Shown in pieces: positions 24,402 to 35,400 of a stretch of DNA of 64,000 nt. This DNA is from Podarcis melisellensis (lineage: Eukaryota), in assembly GCA_964234715.1 (NCBI GenBank), contig OZ174280.1; one strand, 5' to 3'. Each line of letters starts with the position of its first letter. The first letter of the stretch is position 1. Position numbers and translations under genes: made by a program. The notes beneath the pieces are model-generated. The model did not search any database, was not told where the DNA came from, and saw only the letters and a list, made by a program, of their open reading frames with translations.

Positions 24402-24523
24402 CTCGGATTGGAAAAATGAAACGGAGGAAGCAAGACGAAGGACAGGTATGTCCCCTCTGCAGCCAACCTCTCTCAGGATCCGAGGAGGAGAGGAGTAGGC
24501 ATGTCGAACAATGCCTTGCAAAG
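24402..24523 (+). CDS. RNF220: RNF220 coding exon C. Short form 24402-24445 (ARIGKMKRRKQDEGQ); long form to 24523 adds VCPLCSQPLSGSEEERSRHVEQCLAK
   Basis: Acceptor ttcctcgcatag; two phase-0 donors, CAG|gtatgt (24446) and AAG|gtagaa (24524), 78 nt apart with no stop between them. Confidence 0.93.
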
Positions 24524-24879
24524 GTAGAAGCACTGAGGGAACCCTACTGCCTCTCTCTCATTTCTTCCTACCCTCTGCTACTCCTGTGATCTGGGTAGAA
24601 ACCAAATTTGCAGATTGAAGTCCACATGGCCATGTAGATCTGTACTTGAGTTCTATCTTGAAGTTTGGAATTCTGTCTTGAAGTCTGGATTTGGCAATCT
24701 CATTACTCTAAAGACAGTTTTCCTAACCTTTCAAATGAGAAGGGATAGCAGGTGCTATTTTTGACTGTTAACTAGGAGACCGCCTGGCTTACTGCTAGAC
24801 TTTGGTTATATCAGACAACTACGGTTTAACCAAAATCCAGCAAAGCTCAGAGATGGACATAGATTGGAGAGAAGATGGT

Positions 24880-25265
24880 TATCAGAAAGTTTCTAATAGA
24901 CAGTAGTTTTTCTCCCTCATATAATAATTAGAATCCTCAGTCATCCTATGAAAGTGAATATGATGAAGCACATAGTTAATCTGCAGAATTCTCTGCCACA
25001 GGATCTAATGATAGCCATCAACTTGGATGGCTTTAAGAGGAGATTAGAAAAAATCGGGATAAGGCTTTCAGTGGCTACTAGTCATGATGGCTTTGTATTA
25101 CCTCTGGTATCAGAGGCAGCATGTCCCTGAACACCAGTTGCACACAAGTGTGTTCTTGTCCTGCTTGCAGGTTTCCCTGTAGGAATCTGGTTGGCCACTG
25201 TGAGAACAGGATGCTGGATTAGATATGCCTTTGGTCTAATCCAGCAGGTTTCTTCTTCTGTTCTC
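24880..25265 (+). mobile_element. Decayed CR1-type LINE 3' fragment
   Basis: ttggatggctttaagaggagattaga...ggatgctggattagat...tggtctaatccagcagg..ttcttctgttct. Similar fragments lie near 32330-32490 and 42720-42880. Confidence 0.65.
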
Positions 25266-26284
25266 TGATTTTTGAAGGAGGTGTTTATTTTTTAGTGTGG
25301 GGTTGGGGGAGTCTGGTAGTACAACTGCACAGTATTAACGTTCTGAGCTGATTTCACTTAGGTTCTGGTCTTCCTGCAGGATAGGTGACACTACTCCATC
25401 AACCTATCATTCTGGTCATGGTGGCTTTTATAGCAGCCTCTGATACAGCTGACTGTGGACTTCTGTTTTTCAGTTAACATACATTGCTGGCATAACTGGA
25501 GTTGCCTAATGGTGATTTGAACCATATTTTCAGGGTTGGAGTAAAACTGGCGATAAGATGATTAAGCATTGCCCTTGAAATGGAGCATTCCTTGAGGTTC
25601 TCTCCTATTGGCTGTATTGTTTGGTGTATTTGTGTAGTCCTGCCAGTGCTATATTAATAAATAAAAGTATTTTTGTAGCAGCACCTTCATACACTTCAGG
25701 CTGTGCTAAAGAGTTATCCAATAGCAACAGCGATCCTGAAACTTGATGTAGAGTGTTACCCTTTTGCTCCTAGAAGAGTTGCAGCTCCAGCTCCACTTTT
25801 TTGCCTTATCTAACTTTCTAGTTTTGCCTAGTTCAAATAGTTTCTAAATTTGAGGCACAGTAGCAAAGCTTGTATGTGTGAAAGAACTTAATTCCTTTCA
25901 TTGCAAGGAAGTATAGTTTTGATCAGAAACTGAATTGGGAAGTCTTGAATTCAAATTTGGCCATGAATTCAGTATTTGGCCTTGGGCAATAATGTCACAG
26001 CCTCTGTCCCTATGGTTAAATGGGATACTCACCTCATCCCACACTACCTTGGGGGAGCCAGTAATATAAAGTGAGCACACAATAAGCAGCAATGAATGTG
26101 GATGACATTCTTTTTCCTGCTTCGTTAGCTTTTGCCAGTACCCTGTGTCAACATGTGCTTGCCACTTTGTCCACGATTAGCTTTGTCTATACAGCATGCA
26201 TTGACAGGAATACTACCTACTAGCACCGTTTTTAACTCAGGACACTGAAATGATGCTTGGTGCTTTATTCTTTTCGCTTAATAG

Positions 26285-26417
26285 AGGGAAGGCTCATGCA
26301 TGATGGAGGATGATGCAGTGGACATTGAAAATGAAAATGGTAATCGCTTTGAAGAATATGAATGGTGCGGGCAGAAGAGGATACGTGCCACTACTCTCCT
26401 GGAAGGGGGATTCAGAG
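26285..26417 (+). CDS. RNF220: RNF220 coding exon D (133 nt): REGSCMMEDDAVDIENENGNRFEEYEWCGQKRIRATTLLEGGFR(G)
   Basis: Acceptor cttaatag|AGG; donor GAG|gtaaga; contains the RNF220 motif FEEYEWCGQKRIRAT. Confidence 0.97.
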
Positions 26418-29400
26418 GTAAGAGGGGCATTGTGGGGATTGCTGAGATGTGCTGCCGACTGAACAGTGCCCAGATCCCCTCCCTGTCATCCCAAGAACAA
26501 AACAGATTATTAATATTGGAGCTATTGCCCTCCAAACTGTAGCCCAGGCTAAGGGCTCTTTCCCTCAGCAGTTTTTGTTCATGCAAGTATACCCCCAAAA
26601 GTTATTCCCGTGGCAGACGTACTGTCTTCACAATGACAACATGTGGATACTGATGACGGTTGAAGCAGCTTGTCATGCATGTGTGACTCTAACGGAACAT
26701 GGATGTAAATTCATCCAGAGAGTTGGCTTTCATCATAGTAATGATCTGTGGTATTAACATTAACAGAAATTTTATGTTATTTGTCTCCTGCCAGAAAATG
26801 CATTCACAAAAAGCAATCATACCTTACAAGATCAAGATAGCAAAGTTGCTTTCGTAAATTTCCCTTTGTAATTCTTAACTGTTAGAGTTTGCTTAAGGGA
26901 AGTGACTTTGCTGACATGCTCAGGAGGAAAAATGTTTTTTTCCCATTCATTGCATCACTTGCCATTGAATGTTTTTAAACTGTGTAACAGGCCAGGTGCT
27001 TGCTTCTCAGTGTAGGTGGGAAGTTGCACTTCTGCCAGCACCAATATTTGTTTTCCTATGGCTATGAAAACAGCATAAAATAATAGTAGTTATGAGTAAA
27101 ACCCTGCTTAAATTAGCCTTTGAGGAGGAAATGTAGCCCAAAGTTGGGAGACAACAGGAGCAGCTACAGGACAATCAGTTTCAGCAATATTGTGCATATT
27201 TTTAAAAAATGGAAGTGGAGAATGAAATTGTAAAAAGCCCCAGTCTGGAGTGACGAAAGCTGGTTTATCAGCCGCTGGTGATGTATGGAAGTTGACAGCT
27301 AAGTCACTTTAGCACCTGCATAAAATATTAAAGGGCCGGTTATGCATTTATCACTCCATCTTTTTTAAGGCTGATAAATGAGAATTCAGCAACCTGCCAT
27401 ACACCTCCAGCACTGCAGCCCTCAGGGCTCCCAGACAAACACATCTTATTTTTCCTCCTTCTATTCCTTCCCCTGTGACAGGAAAATCGGCTGCAAAAGA
27501 GAGAATGAGTTATGGCAAAATGTGACCTTTGTGAGTTTTATTGGTGAATGTAATTTTAGCTGTGCACCTGACTCCTTTCTTACATTCAGCCTTTTGCTCT
27601 GTGTCAGAATTGACTAAACTGTCTGGTGTGAACATTGTGATTCTGTAGAAACAGTGTTCCACCCTTCCTTGACCAGAGAATCTAGTACATTGCCTCATCA
27701 AAGTAAAAGTTGGCATCCTCTTGTATTTTCATAGATTGCCCTGGATTCTAATTTAAAATATCCCAAGGAAAATCCCACTGGGAAAGGAAATCAGGCTTAA
27801 AAGATGCATGAGTTACTAGGGCTTATAAATGATGCTCGCTCTTTCCTGTTTTCCTTCACACTTTAGTCTATGGATAAATCTGTACAAAAAAATAGATAAA
27901 TGAGACTTGAGAGGTAAGCAGCACCATGACAGATATTCAGGAGTTCAGCCATATGGGGAAAGTATATTCTTTTAGCTACCAATATATTCAGAATTTTGTC
28001 TACTGATTTGCAGTAGACAAATAATTTTTTGCTGTCCCGTGGGTTCCTTGCACCCACAAATTTTATTCATAATTCTCATTCAGCTGATTGACTGTTGCAG
28101 GAATGTGTTAACTTTTCAGACCCTGGCTAAGCCTTGCTATGTGCCCCGAGGTCTGGGAGACAGAAGCAGTTAAGTTCCTACGTAACCAGGAACGTTAAGC
28201 AGTCTGCACTTTTGTGCACAGTCTTAGCATGGAAAACATAGGCAGCTAATGTAAATTATCCCTGTCTTGTTTTTGAAGTGGAAATATGGACGCTCATCAG
28301 TCATTTTCACTGCTGTTTTGTACCCTTTCCTGAAATACTTTGGATTAGTTTCTCAGCCATTTTGATAGGGATTATCATTTTGCTTGTTGGCTTTGTCAAT
28401 TAAGGTAATGGAAGACATTTAGATATGTGTAAAGAAGCAAAATCTACTCTCTACATATTCCCTGGAGTGTTTTCTTGATCAATCTATTGGCTTGTTTTTA
28501 CCACATGATGTTTCTAAGCTATTGTCTCATTGTGATAGGTTGAGACAGGATTATTTGCATTGGGTTCTGCTGTTGCAATGTTAGAAGATGATGCTAAAAA
28601 TGACTGAATAAGGTATTCCATAGTGGATATATTTGAAAAGTGTAATTCCACACTTTATAAAGTGGAATAGTAACTTTTGTAGCCTTTAAGGCCTAATTCA
28701 CCTTTAACATAAGAGTTCACTTATATTGACCATGTTTGGACTCAACACTTGGCCATAAAGTGCACATAGGTCCTGCTATCTGGCTTGCCATCTGAAATTT
28801 CAGTCATCTGAACACAAAAAATTACACCCAAACCTTTGCTGCCCAAGTAGTTCATTCAGTTATCTAAATAGCTGGAGTTTGCTCATTTCCTTGCTTCTTT
28901 GTGTTTTGCTAGTCAGTGACAGCCATTTTGATTAGAAACCAGGGACGAATGGAGAAAGGGAAAGAGATTGGGACAAATCAAGGAGCAGGAAAAACTGTCT
29001 TTTGCTAGTTGGCTGCAGCAGTTTGGGGTGGAAACCAAGGAGAGAAGGCGATCAGACAATTCACAGATTTGAAATGTTCCCATAGGAAATAATGTAAATA
29101 ATCTGCTCATTGTGTGGTTGCTTGCCTAATGAATGATTTCCTGGGGACCCATTGTGTTCAGATAGCAAGACCTGCATGTATAGATATGTGGATTAGTATG
29201 TTCATAGATGTGTGTTTGTGCATGCAGTTCAAGCACTCACTGTTGTGGTCCTCTCTTCTCAAAGCTGGGAAACAACTTGCAGAACTGCTGGCTTAGCGTC
29301 ATGTCCAAACTAGCTCTTGTGGCTTGTTTCTCATTAACAAACCACCACCAGGAACCCAAGGGTAGTTCTTTACTTCTTGATTATAGTTTATTTGAGATAA

Positions 29401-32400
29401 AGCAACCAGGAGCACTGGTTCAGGTTTTGGTTCAGCTGCTGAATCAGATGCTTCTTGGTTTGTTTGCGTGCACCTGGAAGGGAGGAATGAAGTGGGAAGT
29501 GCTTGATTTGTTTAAATGTGGTTTATGGCCATCATTGCATCCTAACATGGCCATTGTGTGAGAGAGAAAAAGTGTGGGGATACAAGAGGCCTGATAGAGC
29601 TAGATGGGCTGTGAGGACAGAGCTTAGACCTAAGAAACAGGGCACTTGGTAGTACAATCCATACACTTTACCAGTTTCCGCTTTCAATAAGGTAAGAAAT
29701 ATGTTATAGCTGTTTGTAGTAATCGGTTAGCTTGATGTGTTCTCCTCTTGAATTTAGGTTAGTGCAGGCATAGGCAGACTCAGCCCTGCAGATGTTTTGA
29801 GACTACAACATTTACAATAACACTTGAGGAACAGCTGAAACAGAACTACACCCCACGCCACCCCACCCCGGTTAACTCGAAGGAGGCATGGTTAGAACGG
29901 TGAATTATGCAGAGGTACAGCAACACCCTCTATGTGGGTGATACTTTAGGGCAGCATTCCCCAACGTGGTGGTCATCAGATATTTTTGGACTACAACTTC
30001 CATTAGCCTAGTGGCTACCAACTTTTTTTGACCACTAGGTGCATTTAAATTTTAGAGTGGGTTTGTAGGTTATTCACAGAACAGCATGTCACCACGACAT
30101 AGAGGAAGTAAAGGTGGAATCCAACATAGTACTAAGTCTCTCATTCAATCAACACAAGACTTTCTCCTTGCACAAAGGAACCTTCTCCCCCTGAACATAC
30201 CCTAAATTTATTCTATGGGTTCCCCCCACTCTCTGGAGCAGATTTAGGAAAGAGGGGGATGTCCCATTGAACAAGTTGAAATCCTTGCATTGATAGGGCA
30301 TGGTAGTTGAAAACCACCCTAAGTGTTCATTTTGTTTGACGGTCTAAATATTTACAGGTTGGACAATAATAAGTATACATGATACTTTTGTGATATTTGT
30401 AATACTTGACCTAAAAACCACATTTCTCTATTATTACTTTTTTACATAGAAGAGTACACTTAATTCAGTCCCTCAAGAAAAGGTTATGAATTCAGTGTTA
30501 AGAGAATATATAATTTAAGATGTAATTTTAAACTGTTTTTAAGGGGCACACTGTGTCTGATATTTAAAAAACTATGATTTAAATAATAACATTTGACATG
30601 AAAAATAGTGGGGCGAGGCGTACATTGGTTGGTTCAACTAGTGCTTTACCAGCAGTTTTGATTTCTGGATGCTGAAACTTGGGAGTGTTAGGCATAGTAC
30701 AGCAGCAAACTGTGCCCAGATTGGAGAATTCAGACGTATCTCACAACATTGTAAAGTTTTGTTGGAGACTCCACAGTCAATGGGGCCTGAATTTATATCT
30801 ACTGAGTTTGATGAAGAATTGTTCCTGTGTTCTGCGTCTAATGCTCCAGCCTGCATCCTACCTGCTGAAATGCGGGTGGCATTGGGTTTCTTCTCACTCC
30901 CCCCCCCTTTTAAATTCCCTGCATTTGTAGAAATCTCTCACTTATTCTAAAGAACAGCTACTCATTTACTCTAGCTGTTTACATTGCAAGGTTATCCCTT
31001 TAAAGAATTGCAGAGAGAAGTTGGGGGGGGTGGAATGCCTTTTTTTCTTTGAAAGCTTAGCAGTTTTGTCTGTGCGTCTGTTATTTGTGAGTGGGAGGGA
31101 GGAAGAGCGGGTGAGAAAAAAGTGCTTTATCCGAAAAGAATCATATTGGCTTTGTGCTGATAGAGGCTGCTGTCATCTCTTAAACGGCTTAGCCCAGTCA
31201 AAAGGCTAGCGGACTTAAAACAGTGTCTTACACGAGGATCGATGGAGAAAACACGGCAGTGGTAACTGTGAGGAAAAAAGGGTGAATGCAAGAGAGATAA
31301 CAGTAATGATTGCATGGAGGGGAGCTGGAGGCAGGCTTGCTCTTTGTAGGAACCTTGCTTCAAAGGAGTCTGAGCTGCCTGGTCCCCAGGATGTTGCTGC
31401 CTCTGTGTATCTAGGAAGAGAGCCCAAGCCCCCTCCCCCTTTGCTGGAGCAAATGGGCTAAGTAGATTAAAGCATGATAGGTTATCTCTTCCCCCTATGT
31501 TGTATCACTTTTAGGAGATTTTTTGGTCAATCAGCATATTGTGTCATTCCTTTAGCCAAAGGAGGTGAGTTGGTGTTGGGAAGGGGGGTAAGAGTCTAAA
31601 CTGCACAGTGAGGGAGCCATTGGGAAAGGGGGAGTTGGGCGGAGGGGGGGTGAAACGGTATGTCAGTTTATCGATCGCACCTCAGCCAGGAGAGCTGCAG
31701 GCACAGCTATGCGGGCACGAGCAGCAGCACTCCTAATGTGATTGAAAGGCAGTTAAAATGGCGGTGACCTTTTCAGGGGGAATTAGATTGCCTGCCAAGA
31801 GTGGTTAGAGGGAGTGATAACGCCAGCTTGAGGAAGCTGTCCAGGCAACTTCAAAGAGAGAGAGACAGAGACAGGAAAAGCAAGTGAGCGCAAGTCCCAT
31901 TTAAACTCTGAGCTGTACTGTCTGATAGAGCCAAGATTGCTGTCCTCTCTAGATATGAAGGGTTTGAAGAATGTAGTCAAGTTCCCTGTCCTTGCCCTTC
32001 CTGCACTGCACCACCTTGTCAAGGAAAGCAACAACTGGCCAGCTGTCTATTCACCTGACACTCTTGGGGATTTCAGTTGCCTTGAAAATAATACACAGAG
32101 GCAAAGCCCTAATGACTGAAAGGACAGTATGCAAGGCTTCCTAGAAGAGTGATTACTAGAAACCTTCCTATGAGGAACTGTGTGGTATGTTCTGAATTTG
32201 GAAGGTCTTTCACTTACAAGCAATTCAAAGGTGCTGGTGTTCCTACTAAATGAGAAACCCCATTGTTCTTGGTGTTCCAGGTTTCTTTGTCAAAAGATTA
32301 CTAACCAGCTGGGTGGCTCCTAAATTGAGCCTTCATGGCCAGAGGCAGGATCCTTTGGAGTACCAGATACTGGGGCCAACAATGTAGGGAGGTCATATCT

Positions 32401-35400
32401 TGCTGTTCAGCTTCATGAGGGCATCTGGCTGGCCTCTGTGGGAAGCAGGATACTGGACAAACCCGTGACCTTATCTAGTAGACCTTTTCTTAATTTGGAG
32501 ATTGAAGGACTGGCTCAGGAGCCTAACTTCTGTGCCAGAGCAAAGTATTTAATAGATGGTATTGTCACCTACACTTGTTATGACTATTTGAAGAGTCAGA
32601 TGAATTGCTTGGCATTTCCTGCAGATGGCTGTCTTCCCACTCTTGGCTTACAGCCTGTTTCTCCCTTTAACTTCAAATGCTTTTTGCTCTGAGCACTGAT
32701 GTCACAGCAGACTTTTTGCAAAATAAACTGCAGAAGTGGCACCACAACCAACAACAATAGTGATTGTACTTTTATGTGTGTAGAATCCAGAAGCATGCGA
32801 AGTAGGTATCTAGGAGTGGCACATGTCTGTTCCTACAGTAGGGGGAAATACAATTATGATACGTAATAGTTTTATAATATGAACATTCATGGAAACCCTG
32901 CACTTGACATATGGAAATGCATAGTCTCATCTCACTCAAGCTGTTTTGTTTTCTAATCATTTTGAAATAATCTGCCTCTAGCAAAATGTGGATGTCATAC
33001 AGTTGTTCTGCTAGGAATCTTAAAATATACAAAGGGTGACATCCCGCCTACTTTCTTTTGAAATTACTAGCTACATTTTCTTGTTTTTTCCCCTCTGGAG
33101 CACAAATAGGAAGATGCTTTTCTTTGAGAGCGCCTGCAAAGCTAACAGGCGTGTGCCTGATTTCCATCATCCAGTTTGTTCAGTTAAAGTTGCATTTAAG
33201 GTCATATCAAAGAGAGCTGGCAGTGGCATTAGACAATGAGATTTCCCAGAGGACTGACCAGGAAATAAAAGGTATCTGTAGTGTGTACAGATCCTTGGAT
33301 GAATGAATCTGTAACTAATATTTGTTATCCATGGATTTGAATGGACTTGGCAGAAGGAAGGAGAGCTGTCAGTGGAGCAGCTTTCGAATTTCATATCTGT
33401 GACGTCCTTAATGTCTCTCTCCTTCTCCCAGCTTTGAAAATCTGTTTCAGATATTGCTTCTTGGTAACATGCTCTCTTTTGCCTTATCCCACAAGTTAAA
33501 AAAAATATCCCGGACTGTCTGCTTCCATAGTTTAATGCTGTTCTTAAAAAAAAAAAACACAACAAAAACAACAACATTTCATTTTAATTTTTTTAAAATT
33601 TATCAGTTCAGAAACAAGTACACTGTGTGCCTTGAACAGTTGAACAAGAACCAGTAAAGACAACTAAAGGAATGCTCATGTTATTTCTGCTCTTGTTAGC
33701 CCTTCTGCTGCTGCACAAATGTGCATACACAACACTTTGTTTTCTTTGTTTGCTTGGATAAAGATGAAATGCCATAGAATGAAACTCCCTTATGATACAA
33801 ACTGTAATATGCATTTGTTTATATGTGCATGTCTCTCTCATTTATACACTAAGCAGCATGTTCGCTATTGCAAGGTGCCTGCCACATAGCTATCTCTTGT
33901 TTCACTCAAAGGCAGAAATTGCTCAAGAATGCTAACTAATCTAGTCTTGCTTGTCTTGAGCTGGCCTGCAACAGTTTTCCTTGTGTGATGTGGATTCCTG
34001 TTGTAAGCTTTTTGTGTATACTGCACTGACATGCAAAAGTCCTGCACCAAGGAAATGTATCTCTCTGCAGAAGATAAATTAAATACCTGAATGAATTTAC
34101 TTCGTGCAATCATCACAGGATTTCTGAAGCAGAATTTAGAACCCTTTTCCCTCCATTGAGCAGTAGTGACTTTAAAGATGTAGATTTAGCGCAGAGAGTT
34201 TTTTTGGAACAAAACACACTTTGGAAAGAAATTCAAATTGTAGTTTCTTTCAGAATGGCAACATGAATAAGATAAGTAAAACCGACACAATCCAGAAGAT
34301 GGAGATGTAATATGTTTGGTGCTTCTGTGCTATCAAAAGAGAAAGAGAAAGACAGAGAAAAGAGCCATTGTATTTCCTAAGAGCCCTTTCACTAACTGAG
34401 GAATCCCATGCAATTGTTATGTAAGTCATATGCGTGATATCATCTGTTGGCTAAAGCTGAATCCTAACCCCACTTTTCTGGGAGTAAGTCCCACTGAATT
34501 CAGTAGGATTTTCTTCAGAGTAGGCATGGTTAGGACTGGGTAATAGCCTGAACCAGAACTCAGGAACCAGGTCCTTACTTTTCAGTGCAAAGTTTTATTC
34601 TCATTTGGGATATTAATTATTAGTTCATCATAGATGCCTAACTGTTAAGCAAACCCTGTCTTGGCATGGTCTACCTTTCTATTACCTAAGAGGAGGCAGG
34701 ATGAGCATTAGTGGACTCCTCTAGTTTCCAGTCTACCAAGTGGGAAAATTTAAGTATTTGAAAAGTTAAGTATTTGAGGTGTTTAGTGAAATACGATTTA
34801 AGGATTTGTGGTATGCTCATTCACACACATAGTGGAAGATGATATCTGGTTGCCTGATGAACCACCCAACCTTAGAATTAATACGGTGCTTGGGAAATAC
34901 TCTTCTTTTCTTAAACGACATACAAAACTTTATTGAAATCAGTTTTATGATATTTCTAGTTTACAAGGCAGAGAAACTACTCAACATCCTAAATAGCTTA
35001 TACTGTACAATGAAATGCTGGGAATATTTTTTTTAATGTTGTTTATAGTTCAACACTCTGATGTATACTGCTACATTGTATAATCTGTAGCTACCACCAA
35101 CCACTTTGTCCCACTTAATGCATCTAATGCATTCTTTTGTGAACCTCCCTGAGATCTGTGGATGAACGGTAGTATGCAAATTCAGTTAATAATAATAATA
35201 ACAATCATAATGACGTATCCTGTATAAGTTTTTCCCCCACAATAAATCGGCAAGTTGCTAAAGTTCTGGTGTACCTAGGACCTTTTAAGGCAACAGCACA
35301 ACGGCAGAAAAAATTGCTATAGCCTTCATGCTCTGTACCACTTTATAAGTCGTAAGAGAAAGATATAATTGAAAGTTTTTCTACTTCAGCAACTTGCTGT

